DNA of 62,964 bases, the filler included, from Reticulomyxa filosa (Eukaryota > Protista > Foraminifera), in assembly GCA_000512085.1 (NCBI GenBank). It is 22 parts of 22 records of this genome, joined end to end, with 100 filler letters (N's around TTAATTAATTAA, not from the genome) between each part and the next. Parts side by side here need not be neighbours in the genome. Positions count along the whole stretch, not along the records: positions 13,850 to 16,306 come from ASPP01010745.1; positions 16,407 to 25,849 come from ASPP01024179.1; positions 25,950 to 27,579 come from ASPP01002890.1; 19 more parts are not named here. The stretch is one strand, 5' to 3'. Positions 13,750-26,679 of the stretch are shown here, in pieces (the stretch's first letter is position 1; each line of letters opens with the position of its first letter). Position numbers and translations under genes: made by a program. The notes below the pieces were generated by a model, which was given only the letters and a program-made list of their open reading frames with translations, was not told the DNA's origin and did no database searches.

Positions 13750-13849
13750 NNNNNNNNNNNNNNNNNNNNNNNNNNNNNNNNNNNNNNNNNNNNTTAATTA
13801 ATTAANNNNNNNNNNNNNNNNNNNNNNNNNNNNNNNNNNNNNNNNNNNN

Positions 13850-14222
13850 TTTTGCGATTTTACGAACATTGCAGTGATGGGGAGAATTATTATTGCATGG
13901 TGTTGGAATACTGTCCTTATGGGTCTCTGGCCAAGTTCATAGCGAAACGACATCAAATGGCGTATGAGACGCACCTGAAAGAGGTGCAATTTATGCGCAA
14001 CTTTGAAACGGATATGTCGATCAACGCCCTCAAGATTCAAGCTCTGCTGAAGAAGATCTCCACTCCACCGCCACCACCACCACCACCGGCGGCATCGGTG
14101 GTGCTAAGTCCCGGACCAGCGTTTGTAGGTCGCATTAATCAATCAGGCCAGTCTGTGTTGAGCACAGAAATGATGACAGTGCCACTTGCAACTGTAACAC
14201 CCACACCAGCAACAATCACCAC

Positions 14223-14259
<37 letters not shown>

Positions 14260-16248
14260 ATTCCCTCAGGAAATACCACAGCCGTGGAGGAACACTTGCC
14301 AGTCAGAGTCAGTATTAAGTCATCATCATACACGCTGCCGACGAATGTGCAGTTGTCAAATGAAGAGACGCAGTTGTTCCACGCGTATCAAAAGTACTTG
14401 AAGCTGCGCGACAGCCACGTGAAGCTGCAGCACAACTCCAAGATGGGCTGGAGTGGCGAGGAGACTGAGTACATGCAAATGGTGAGAAAGCTGTTTGCAG
14501 AGCTGGTGCACACCGTGCACGCAATGCACAAAAAAGGATACTTGCACTTGGACATTGCTTTGCAAAATGTGTTGATCGCCACCAAACATAAGAATAAGGA
14601 TGTGTACGAACATAATGATGGTTGTCAGAGGGATCATTCCACCAATAATCATCAGTCTTGTTCGAGTAATGCTGATCATACCAGTAATAATGGCAAGGTC
14701 AAACTGACCGTCAAATTATGCGATTTTGGACGCAGTGAGTGCTTCAAGCAACGGAACAAAGTGTTGCAATGGAACAAACGTCTGGAAAAAGTGGAAACCA
14801 ATTTCGACTTTCGCTATCACCGCATCATGGGAAGAAAGGAATACATGTCTCCGGAGTCGTACCAGTGCTACTTGCCCAGAGAAGGCGAACGCGACGCGCT
14901 CTTCGATTCTCATCACGACCTCCACTGCGCCAAAGGCATTGTCATCAAACCAGGAACACCAGCAACTCCAGGAACGTCGGGAACACTAGGAACACTGGGA
15001 ACACTGGGAACATTGGGAACAGTAGAAACAAGACCGACCATTGCTACTGCTACTGCTACTGCTACTGCTGCTGCTACTGCCAGCTGTGTCTCACCTCTTG
15101 GCAAACTCCAAAACAATGCCGTCTCTTCTTGCCACTCCAACAGTGTCGATATGTTGGTGTCACCTTTGCCTTCACGATGGACGGGAGTGAAGACAGACGA
15201 AGACCAGCTCGTCCACAGCACCACCACTACCGTTCGTTTGCACACTCTCACGCCTAATGTCAGCGCCGAAAGCGCGAGCACCGATGAGAGCGAGACCACA
15301 AGGAAAAAGCGGGTGACCTTTGAGGCCATTCAACCACTTTTGAAGAAATTGAATCGGAGGGCACAAAAGGAAGAGAACAAAAGGAAAACTGAAAGAGAAA
15401 AATAAGGACAACAACAAAGAGAAAGAGAAAGAAAATGAAAATGAAAAAGAAAAAGAAAAAGAAAAAGATAAGGACAAAGACAAAGAAAGCAACAATTGCA
15501 ACGTAAATGGCGATACCAAAACAATAGACGTGCAAACGGATAAAATGATTGGACAGGAGGACATTGGACTGGAGGAGATGGGGAGTGTGGTTAGCACTGC
15601 TACGAGCGTGAAAGAGAACATCAGCATGCTAGGGTCGTCGTCTGTTCGATCGGGGCCTCTCATGCGACAAGGCAGCGGCGGCTATGCCAACAGCTGCAAC
15701 AGTAGCAGCAATAGCTTAGGGGGCGCCTTGTGCAAGTACTATGACGCCCAAGCCGCCGAAGTCTGGAGTCTGGGCTGCGTACTCTGGGCCATGTTGACCG
15801 GACATTTGGTCGTTGACGAACCTTGCTTTCGCTCACAGAAATTTCGCGTCTTAATTACACGTGGCGTGCAAGAGTTGTTGCATAGACAACTACAATTGCA
15901 TTATGTCCCTACTTTGGCTCTTGGTTCGTTTCCCTTATTTTATGTATACGTATTATAATGTATACATCTTTTCTTATTTGTGATTTTGTATACGTCACAG
16001 ATTTATTGCAGAAAATCTTTTTGAAAGAAGACGAACGCATAACGATGCCTGAGCTGCTTAATCATCCTTATATCTCTTATTCCGCGGTACCTACGCCATT
16101 GACCCCGACTGTTGGTATGCTTTCACCGTTGTCGCCTGTTACTCGAACCAATGGCAAAATGACGCCCACTGGTTACATTACTCATCATGTCAACCCTGTC
16201 GCACCCAGAAACTTGCGAAATATCAATCCATCTACTCCTCTTGTATAA
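13850..16248 (+). CDS. Ser/Thr protein kinase with large low-complexity inserts, 5' truncated
   Basis: MVLEYCPYGSL, HLDIALQNVL, VKLCDFG, MGRKEYMSPE, YDAQAAEVWSLGCVLWAML, DLLQKIF..ERITMPELLNHPYI. One frameshift in the A-rich tract near 15400; intron about 15924-16000. Confidence 0.9.
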
Positions 16249-16500
16249 TACTGGTTTTGGATTGGTCTGTAGATAATAAATAAGATACAAAAAAAAAAAA
16301 AAAAAANNNNNNNNNNNNNNNNNNNNNNNNNNNNNNNNNNNNNNNNNNNNTTAATTAATTAANNNNNNNNNNNNNNNNNNNNNNNNNNNNNNNNNNNNNN
16401 NNNNNNTTTTTTTTATTCTTTTTTTTATTTATTTAAAAAAAAAAAATTAGTTTCCAAGAAAATTTACACCAGAAATTTCTTTGGAAAGGAAATTTCTTCG

Positions 16501-17178
16501 TCAGTTTATTGACTTAACTCTTGGATAAGGAGATGTCCAAACCGTGATAACGAGGACACCACTTTGTGATCTCATGGCTTTGGTGACCAAGAATTGCTCC
16601 AGTTCATCATTTTTTTCTTCAAGTATACCGTTAAGTCTCATCAAAATATACGTTTTTCGCAATGCTGGCTTTTTAGGGAAAAAGTTAAGTTTGTGTTCTT
16701 TGCACAAAATTTTGATCTTTTTATTCCAATCAAGTGCGGTTGTGACGTGGAAAGCACACAAATCTTTGACCAATTTGATGTAGTTTTCCCTATTGTTGTC
16801 GTCTTTGAACAGACCTTTGTCGACTTCATCGATCACCCCAATGCTTCGTTTTGTTATGCTCTCGACGTCATACATTGGTGCTGGTTGGATGTCTACAGCT
16901 GTGCGGCCACTTGATGCTAAGTCGATTATCGCCTGACGGCGGGATTGGGTAGATTCTGTAATCTTCACAATCCCTGTTTTGAAATTACTGCCGCTTCCTT
17001 CGTATTTTACTTGATCCTTTTTTTGAGTGCGCTTCTTTTTCACCTTGCCGTTTCGTTCAGGTTCTGCAGAACAACTTGCGACCTCTTGTGAACAATTTGT
17101 GGGTTCTTGTGCGGCTGGTGAAGGTTCAGATTCCATCATTTGTTCTGGAGCATCAACCAATTGAGACTCGTCGCTCAT
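16501..17178 (-). CDS. ELP3: ELP3-like radical SAM/KAT protein, N-terminal exon
   Basis: LVTKAMRSQSGVLVITVWTSPYP is the segment just before the radical SAM cysteine motif of Elp3; the rest is lost at the contig end. Confidence 0.8.
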   Translation of the reverse strand: MSDESQLVDAPEQMMESEPSPAAQEPTNCSQEVASCSAEPERNGKVKKKRTQKKDQVKYEGSGSNFKTGIVKITESTQSRRQAIIDLASSGRTAVDIQPAPMYDVESITKRSIGVIDEVDKGLFKDDNNRENYIKLVKDLCAFHVTTALDWNKKIKILCKEHKLNFFPKKPALRKTYILMRLNGILEEKNDELEQFLVTKAMRSQSGVLVITVWTSPYPRVKSIN

Positions 17179-19137
17179 TTGTCCAATAATAAGGAAATGT
17201 GATTATATTCCAACCACAAAAATGCTGATTTTGTAAAAAAAAAATTGAAGAGTTTTCAAAAGTTGACAAACACACAAAAAACAAATCAAAAGATAAAATT
17301 TTGCTTATGCATTATCACGATTTAATCTTGTTTGGTTCTAAATGCGTTTGTCATGATTGTAAAATTGATTATGTAATAAATTTTGAAATGTATCAAGAAT
17401 TATTAAAAGAAAATCGTCGAATAATGTACATTATTGTTTAGATTATGAAACTGACTTGTGGTTCCAACAAATAATGCATGACACAAGATTCAAAAAACAA
17501 TAAATTAGTTTGAAGAAAATAAGTTAAAATTAATAAAATGTACACTAAGTTCTACCAAAACATTTAGTGTAATAAAAATAAAATTTTAAAAGTAAAAAAA
17601 TAAATATATATTTGAAAGCTTGAAACAACATAGTAAAAAATTAATAGTAAGTTATGTCAAGAAATAGTGTATTCAACGCTAAAAAGAATTAAAGCATTAA
17701 TTAATTCAGAAGTAAAACATATACAAAAAAAATTCAAACATTTTAAATATGAAAATTTTCAATCTAAAATTCAAATTTTCACAAACTCGAAAAAAACAGT
17801 ACTAATTCTTTTTTTGAAAGTGCCCAAGTGACTTAAAATATAACTAAAAAAGAAACAAAAAGATTAAAATTTCATTGTATAAATACACGTTTTATTTACA
17901 TGTATTCATGCAATCAATTTCATATTTGAAAACTACAAGATTTGTATATATTTCTTTAAAAAATTATGTTTGCTTTTCATGGAATCGATCATCTTCATAA
18001 GGTGCCATTTATATTGCAGTTTTTTCTGCAACAAAAAATCAAAAATATTACTTGGTTAAGTAATTGAAGCAACAGTAATGTCATTCTTTAATCCATTGAG
18101 TCCCAATTTAGCTCTTTCAGTTGGCATATCTTGCAATTTACATATTTATAAGTTGTACAAGGACATCTCATACTCATACATAACAAGTTGATGTGAATAC
18201 GTAACGTGATCAAGCATTCTTCAAAATATGCATTAGATTCAAGCAAATGGAATTCGGTGATGCAAATGACATCACTTCATTTAATGTACAATAAACTATA
18301 TACGTATTAAATGATGCTCTTGTTGAAGAATTTTCGCAGTTATAATCACATATTGACATCGTATGTCCAAAGTAAAACATGCTTTTTCAACTTCATTTCG
18401 ATATACATAATGTATGCCATGTTTGCTTTTTTATGTACTGTAAAGAAGTACTGCTCAAAAAAGTAAATCAAACAAGTCAAAAATAACTTATTACAATCAC
18501 TCATTGAAGAATGTATCATTAAATCTTTGTTCATAATAAATGACAACCAAAAAACAAATTGATCGCAATATCATTGACAGCTGTTGTTTGGTTTTTCTAC
18601 ATACAGCTCTAGGCCTGATGTTTTGTCAATGATCTTAACAATAACGACGCAAAACAACACACATTATTTGTACTCAATTATTTACAAATGAAAAGAAACT
18701 TTAAAAAATTTAGCTAAGCAAGAACAGAGAATTTTTCGTAAGAGGACAGACAGCCCTTTTGTGTAAAACACAAACCGAATCCCTTTAAGCTGTAAGAAAA
18801 AATCGTTTGAAATTTGTGATATTAATACTTTTTTTATTTTGATCTTACATTACCTTGATAACAAGTGGTACTTGCACAAACAATTTTTTCAATATATATT
18901 GTGACACTCCTTCTGTAATGTTTGTTTTGCTTAATAAATGCCCAACAAACAATAAGAAAATATAAACAAATCAGGTGATGATTTACCTAAATAGTGCACA
19001 CAGTAAGAGCGTCCTTTATGGGGTTTAGTGTCGTTTTTTTTTTGTACTTTTGGAAGAAAGCTACGTTTTTTCGTTGTTCGTTGTTCGCTGGAGAGTTTGC
19101 TGAGGTCGGTCTAAGACTATTATTTATTTGTGTAGTA

Positions 19138-20126
19138 ATGGCTTGGTATAATCCTTCAATAAAAGCATTGTTTATACACGTACCAAAAGCGTACGGCAAC
19201 TCAGTTGAATATGCGTTGCGGAGTGTGGGATTTAAGAGAGCGGTTCCTCTATATGTGACTCAGTACGATTGTGGAACACTTTGTTTTCTCCAAACTAGCC
19301 CGGAAAAATTAAGACTAAAAATAGACTGGAACAACACATTTGTATTCACATTTATTCGAGAGCCCTACGCCCGGTTTTTGAGTGGATGTAACTTTAAAAA
19401 AATATCACCTGCTGAACTTTTCTTGCAGTACTACAAGGAAAGTCTAGTTCCGACGATTTGTGCCGAACAACAAAATATGGACGGGTCAAACAAAACTAGC
19501 ACAACTATTACAATCAACCACAAAGATTGTGTTCAAAAAGTGATGACGTGGGGTTTTAGACAGAAAAAGCAAAGCCTTGATTTAGTAAATATGTATTGGC
19601 ACACGGTGATGTCACAAATCCAGCATTTGATTTCCGTAGGCAGTGGCAAAATAGATCACGTCGACTTTATTGGGCTAGTGGAACATATGGACGTATACTG
19701 GCCATTGCTAAGCAGTATTTTGATGAGCCGAGGGCTAAAATTGCCGCTGCCAGAATTGAACCATCTCAACAATAGTACCAAATTATTTACATTGGACGAA
19801 CTAATGAACAACGAAATACAAAAAAAAAGATTGGAAACTTACTTATGCCAGACATTGAGTTGTACCAATTTAAACAAAAGCAACACAATGAATTTTTTGA
19901 GCAATTTTTGCAAATGGTCAAATCCCAACCCATTTATACTACAACCACTGTGCCACCTCAAAGCACTTTCTTCAACCAAACTCCACATGCCCTCTTGAAA
20001 TTGTCGTCGACCTACTCGGAAACGTTCCCTCTTGATGTCAGTGTATTGGTTATTGTCATTGGATTGATTGTTCTTACAATCTTGTTTAAACTGCTCAATT
20101 GCAGGAAAATAAGCACAAAAGGTTAG
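19138..20126 (+). CDS. sulfotransferase family 2 (CHST-like) protein; one homopolymer frameshift near 19825
   Basis: 5'PSB-like LFIHVPKAYGNS, 3'PB FTFIREPYARFLS, later DFIGLVEHM; the shifted frame continues to a hydrophobic C-terminal helix. Confidence 0.8.
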
Positions 20127-21066
20127 CTTTTTTTTTTTGACGTACGTAGCTTTTTATTCGAAAATTTTTTTTTGTTTTGTTTTTATATTACTAATACATG
20201 AGCTAACTGCTATTTGTGCACAGATATGCATGACCTGTCATCAACTTAAAAAATGTTTCACGACGACCTGCGTATCAATACCACAACAAAAGTAGAGACA
20301 AAAGAATAGTGTAATAAATCATGTTGATTCATTTATCGCATTCTTTTTTATGTTGTGTTATTACACGTGTTTGTTCTTTTTCAAAGCCTCTTTTTTCCTC
20401 GTAGGGTTTATGTGATTAAATTTTTCCATTTTATTTTCGCAAACCAATTAATTTCAACAACAATCTCTTTTTTGATAGATAGTGTTATGAGCCTATGCAT
20501 GAAAAAAGGCTTAAAATTCTTTTTTGAATTTTACTGCCTTTTTTCTGACTGCTGTAATTGTCTTTTACGTACTTATTTATGAAACACTGATTGCAGTTGA
20601 TGCCTAGAACTAGTTTTTTTACATTAGAAGAGCACCACGAAACCTGCGTTTGTGATTTGCAAAAAAAAAAAGTGAAGGTATAAAAATTGTTAGCGCAGTT
20701 ATGTTGATGTGGCCTTATAATATCGTTACTCAAATTGGTCATCTGTTGATACAAACAAAGAATATTCCATTTTGGTGTCCTTTCTTTCGAAAAGGTCTTC
20801 TTGGAAATTGGTCGTTGTTATCGTTGGCCAGTAAACACATAGACTTCACCTCGTACAGGTTCTGCAAACATGCAGAAAGCAAATAAGACGAATTAGCAAA
20901 TATAGAAATTTGTTTCTTTTCAACAAGGCTTGATTATTTAGAATTCAAAAAATATTATTTGAAAAAAGACAAATTTCAATCGTTGTAAATGTTAACTTTT
21001 CAAGAGCTGTTATCACTGCTCTATTATAAAAATATAAGTTGCGGAAGGATTTATGCGAGAATAGAC

Positions 21067-21702
21067 CTACAATTTGGATGTGTTTTTCAAGCCCATAGCG
21101 GTGAGTTTTTTGGCCAACCAATCTAACCTATCATTCCCAAAAAACAGTTCTCCATCACAAATGATGGATGGCACCCCAAAAATTCCATCTTTGGTGGCCA
21201 TTTCCTCTATTTCATGTAATCTCTTTTGCGCTTGAGGGATAAATGAATGTATGAAATCTTTTTCCACCAATGGAACATTACTGCACTGATGAATTACTTT
21301 AACGATTTCAGAAATGTTTTCAATGTCCAGTTTTCGCAAAAAAAACTGCTCAAAGACATAGTCGTGATACTTTTCAAAATGCTTTTGATCGTTTTGTTGC
21401 ATCCATAAACCCCCCATCAAAGCGTGCTTTGAATCATATGCTTTTTGTGGCGCCAGTATCTTTATCCCTTTCTCGTTCGCAAAGCGTCGAGCATCTAAAT
21501 ACAAGTACTTCACCTTGTTTTGTTGTATTGGTGTTCTCTTTTCCGGCATTCCGAATAATTCTCCTACAGAAAATTGCCAAGGAAGCCATTCAAGCTTTAC
21601 TCGGTAATTATTTTGAATTTGATACAAGCCATCTTTTGCCAAATATGTAAATGGACTTTTGTAATCAAAATACACTCGTAGAATTTTGTTGGTTTGTGCC
21701 AT
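21067..21702 (-). CDS. 2-hydroxychromene-2-carboxylate isomerase / DsbA / kappa-GST family protein
   Basis: YFDYKSPFTYLA, LDARRFA, GIFGVPSII..GELFFGNDRLDWL; intronless; likely start MAQTNK at 21702. Confidence 0.9.
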   Translation of the reverse strand: MAQTNKILRVYFDYKSPFTYLAKDGLYQIQNNYRVKLEWLPWQFSVGELFGMPEKRTPIQQNKVKYLYLDARRFANEKGIKILAPQKAYDSKHALMGGLWMQQNDQKHFEKYHDYVFEQFFLRKLDIENISEIVKVIHQCSNVPLVEKDFIHSFIPQAQKRLHEIEEMATKDGIFGVPSIICDGELFFGNDRLDWLAKKLTAMGLKNTSKL

Positions 21703-22194
21703 TATTATGCTTAGAAGGAGCTTCAAGAATTTTCTGCAATCAAGTTTTAGGTCGGTTGGCTTTGTACAGAACAAGGTACGATTTTATTACAATTAGCATT
21801 AATTGCTGATTGTCTGATTAACTAAATTGGATTTGGCATTTATTCGAGATGTATTGAAGATGAACAAAATGTATAAAATTAAGTAAAGCGCAAGTTAGTC
21901 ATACTTTTATGTTTGTGCCAAATTCGCTTTGTTGTTTTATATATAGTAATTTTTTTAAAACTCATTACCTCTTTTTATGGTTAATGTTCTATTTAAAAAT
22001 CTAATAAAATTACCTAATAAGAAAATATCAATGTATTCACTTTTTTAGGGCTTTTGTTCATATCACCCCAGTCTTCAGTATTTTCTATTTGCAGTTGGAA
22101 CAAAAGAGAAAGGTGTTAGCCAGTACCCAAAGTTCCATAACTTTTTTAGAAATTATTATTTGGAACTTTGATAGTAGCAACGGTGAATGAAGGA

Positions 22195-24066
22195 ATGAAA
22201 CAAAACACTAATAAAACATCAAATTGGCGGCAATTTTGTGAGATCAATGCTTTACGAAATACGTTAGTAACCTCGATTTCTTTTTTTTTAGTGTTTACAG
22301 CATTTGGTGCTGCCCAAAATTTTGCAACATCAGTAAATGCGAAAGTTGGGTCCATTTCTCTGGGAATTCTTTATGGAGTGTTCACAATTTCAAATATATT
22401 TGTTCCAAAGGCTTTACAATATATTTCCCCCAAGTCAGTGCACGTACATATCATATAATATTAATGTTATACATATGTATATCTGTCTATAAGTTTTGAG
22501 GACTAAAAAAAAAAAAGATTTGGGAGAAGAGATGGGATGAAACATGGTTTGCACATTATCTATAACATTTTTGCTTTCTCTGTCTATTATTCCAAAGGTA
22601 CGCAATGTTTCTAGGCTCGGCGACCTATTTTATGTTTGTGGCGTCGAATATTGTATTATATCCACCAATATTGTACACAACATCAGCAATTGAAGGAGTA
22701 GGAGCAGCAATGTTGTGGGTTGGTGAAGGCACCTTTATCACCTATTGTGCTAATGTGTATGAAAGGCATTTCCACTTTCCATTGAATTCAAAGCTGGGTT
22801 ACTTCAATGGTATATTTTGGCTGTTTTTCCAAGGTTGGTTCTCTTGTGTACTATGTGTGTGTGTATGTGTGCACTCATTTTTGATTGGTTGCCTTCGTTG
22901 ATTGATTGGGTGCGAACACATAAATGACGCAATTAGGCAACCAATTCATTGGAAATCTGCTGTGTGCATTGCTTTTTCAATTCAATTCTTCCAATCGCGT
23001 GGTGTACATTGTTTTGAGTGCGATATGTTTAATTGGGTGTTTATGTTTCTTATTTATTAGGCTATCTCCGAATAATGGCATGCATGAACAACAAAATGTT
23101 AATGATGACTTTGAGAATGAAGAGACAAAGGGATCAGAGAAAAAAAATAATTCGTACGATGAGCCATCGCTATCAGAGGGAGCGAAACAAACACCGACAA
23201 AAAGAGGAGACGAGCCAGTTTTTCACAATGCAAAGACAAAACAAAACTCAGCACAACAGACCAAAGAACCACTTTTGTTGAATAAGGGTGAGCAGTCCAT
23301 CACTGCCTCTGGCTCTACTGTCTCCTCTGCTATCACTTCTACTACTTCTACCACCGTCACAATTAACACTCCACCATCTGTAGATCCATTAGCTGCTGTT
23401 CGGATGTGGACTGATTCCAAATTGCAAGTGATTGCATTAATCACTATTTATAGTGGTTGAGTTTCTTTTTTATTTATTTTCATTTTTACTGTTGTATTTT
23501 TAACACAAATCGAAAATTAGCACATAATCACTTTTTTCTTAATATAAAAAGGACTCTCACAAGCTTTTGAGTATGGTGAGTTTCCAACGTATATCGACGA
23601 CAATTCTCGAAAGTTTTTTTCTATGGCAATATTCGGCTTTGTTGATTCCTTGTTTAGTTGGTGGTTTGGTAAAATCAGTGATAAAGTTGGTAGATTAGAA
23701 ATTTTAGCTGTTGCAATATTGTGTCATGGATTCGCATACGTATATTTATTTTGGTATGATCCAAAGCAATCAGAAATATACTTGTACTTTATTGTTGCTG
23801 TGTTCTTGGGAATTGGTGATGCTGGACTTAATACACAAATTAGTGCACTTTATCCAAGCCTGCTAAACGATAAAACAGAAACTTTTGCCAATTTCAAGTT
23901 TTTTCAATCCTTTGCAACTGCGTGGGGATTTATGTGGCATTCCTATGTCGGTCGTCACGTCAAACTTGTAACTTACTTTGGAGTTTTGGCTTTTGCTACT
24001 CTCGTCTTGTTTTCTTCAAGTGAAGTCAGAAAAGCATCTAAAGCAAAAACTACAATGAATTCATAA
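22195..24066 (+). CDS. UNC93-like MFS membrane protein, four exons
   Basis: FFLVFTAFGAAQN, GVGAAMLWVGEGTFI, GIFWLFFQ, YSGLSQAFEYGEF, LGIGDA, FANFKFFQS; intron 23456-23551 keeps the frame. Confidence 0.9.
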
Positions 24067-24565
24067 TGTACACATTGAAAAACAAGACAGAATGATTATT
24101 GCAGAAAAAGAAAATTTTTTCTGTATGATTTTGTGGAAATCATTTTATGATGAGTTTGTGGGACATTACTTTTGGGTTATGACACTTTTGTTTGTCCATA
24201 AAATCATCAATTACATGCATCAAAAATTCGACTTAAAAATGTAATTTTTCAGGGACATGAGAACTTTGACAGAAAAGCATCTCTCTTTTGTTGCACAATC
24301 ATACTTAAAACGTAGACTCAAAATTCAAATGTAAGATTGAAAAAAGATTTAGTTTTCATGCGATTGATTCTCAACAAAAAAAACAATCATAAATATCATC
24401 ATTTGTTGCAGACCCGCAACAAACTTCAAAGCGTTAACAAAAACTCTGATTTTTGTCTCCTTGACAAGGAGAGAATTGGCAACAGATTGAAATCAGCACA
24501 TAAAACAAAAAAAAAAACAAATGTGCACCAAAAAGAGTTGGAAAACGAGTCTAGAGAAATTATTC

Positions 24566-25800
24566 TTAGAGTTCCTCATCTGACGTGTCTCCCAAAACTA
24601 TAATTTCTGGTATTTCAGATTTTTCTTCGTTGTACGACGTTGTAATTTCGACATTCGTCGGTGTTATTTTCACCTCTTTGTCGATGTTTGTGATTTCAAG
24701 AGTGTTGTTCAACATTTGCTCTTTGTCGAAAACATTTGAATTTTGATTGTTGTTAGCAACATCAGACATTTTTGTGTCAATATTAGCCTCGGCCTCTAAC
24801 GGAGGCATTGTAAGATCATTTATTACTGTTTCAGAATGCAATGGTACTTTAATGACATTCATTCCATTGGGTACAGAAATGTGCTCGAAACTTCCAAGAG
24901 TAGGTGATGCTACGTTTGTATTGAGTCTGTGTAATGCCATAATATTTGGATCAAGTGTGGTAGGGACAGTTGATCCAATTGGAGTGCTTGTGTGTATTGC
25001 TGAAGCAATGATCGGAATTTGCCCAGCAAGTGTCGCTTGGGTTATATCTACTGGATGAGAACGTGAATTGTTGTTTTCTTGGACATTTGCGGTTTTCTCT
25101 TTGTCACAAAGTGCTATCACAGCTTGGAGTCGAGGATTAATAGGTATGTGTTGGTAGCACCACACTTCTGTTTTTAAAAATATTACATTAGAAGACAACG
25201 AATCGCATCCAGGCATTGTTCCATTAAACAAATAGGTCCCACTATTCATGAGTACTTCCAAAGGAACAAATTTCTCAATCCCTCGAGTATTTTTTTGAAA
25301 AGTAAATCGATGCGCAAATTCTGTTCGCAAATCATCAAACAAGTTTTTAAAAATGCAAACCAAAAAGAGACATCCAATACAAATAAATTTTATTTATTTA
25401 TTCTTATTATTTTTTTTTTTATACGTGCAACAATGTTATTGGATTCAGATTTGCATGAAAGGATGGAACATCGAAACTCTGCTTTCACCGCGTACTGATT
25501 GGTAGGACCCCAAGTGTAAATTTTTTTGTCTTGTTATTACGAGTATCTTTTTCCATTTTACCCAAACACTTCAAATGGACTGATAAATATATACTTCCGT
25601 CATTATTTTCTGTGAGAATGATTACCTTCCAGACCCATACCCCGACAGCAAAGTCTGCCGTTTGCAATTTTCCTTTTTGCAGTCGATGTCTATCAAGACT
25701 GATCATATTGACTTGATACAGTGCAGCTTCTTGGTACGTTGGCAAACAACCTTGAATTGGTCTTTCTAAAATAGCAACTATTATTGCGATCACACAAGAG
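24566..25800 (-). CDS. hypothetical protein, two or more exons, 5' truncated
   Basis: 265-codon open exon plus an upstream coding-like exon; low-complexity acidic C-terminus; no motif recognised. Confidence 0.5.
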
Positions 25801-25958
25801 TGTGTTTAGTTGTTGATTGCCTTTAGATTTATTTATTTGTTTTTTTTTTNNNNNNNNNNNNNNNNNNNNNNNNNNNNNNNNNNNNNNNNNNNNTTAATTA
25901 ATTAANNNNNNNNNNNNNNNNNNNNNNNNNNNNNNNNNNNNNNNNNNNNAATTGCCAG

Positions 25959-26679
25959 ATGTTGAATAACTTAAATTTAATTTCGAAAGTTATCTCCGCC
26001 ATGACTGAGTCTTTGCGATTTAGCGGTGAATTAAATGTAGATTTGAACGAGTTTCAAACGAACTTAGTCCCTTTCAATCGCTTACATTTTATGACTACCC
26101 GAATAAGTCCAATTATTCTGAAAGTTGATGTATCAACAGCGCCAAACGGTATCCAAAAAATAACAGATTACTGTTTTAAGCCAGCGAATTGGTTTGTGAA
26201 ATACACTAAATTTGATCCCGCTGAAGATAAATACATGATATTTCCTTGAACTATCGTGGTGACATAAAATCAAAAGAAGCAAATGCAACGGTCCAATGGT
26301 TGAAATCGAATAATAAAATAGCGTTAGTCGAATGGTGTCCAACAGGATTTAAAATTGGATTAAATGAATTACCAGAAGTAACATTAGAAGCTGATGATAT
26401 TGGAGCATTTAGTAAAAATACTGTGATGATAGCCAACACACTGGTATTTCGCGTGTATTTAGTAAACGCATTGCTCAAAAATATTATATTATGTACTACC
26501 AACGATCATTTGTACATTGGTACGTAGTATAAGGAATGTAAGAAGGAGAATTTGCTGAAGCTCGTGAAGACTTAGGCTTCCTAGAAAAAGGTTATTTGGA
26601 TGTGTTGATTGAACAACCAACTGACGATGTGGGAGGTGACAATGCTGGCGACAACGCAGGTGACAATGACAACTACTAA
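25959..26679 (+). pseudogene. divergent alpha-tubulin pseudogene (C-terminal half)
   Basis: SLRFSGELNVDLNEFQTNLVPF, YRGD, VEWCPTGFKIG, WYVV*GM*EGEFAEAREDL..Y*; several frameshifts and two TAA stops at Glu positions. Confidence 0.9.

Noticed and set aside
16407-25849. Functional cluster of ELP3, sulfotransferase, HCCA isomerase and UNC93-like genes
   Set aside because: Same contig but mixed orientation and no shared pathway that can be supported.
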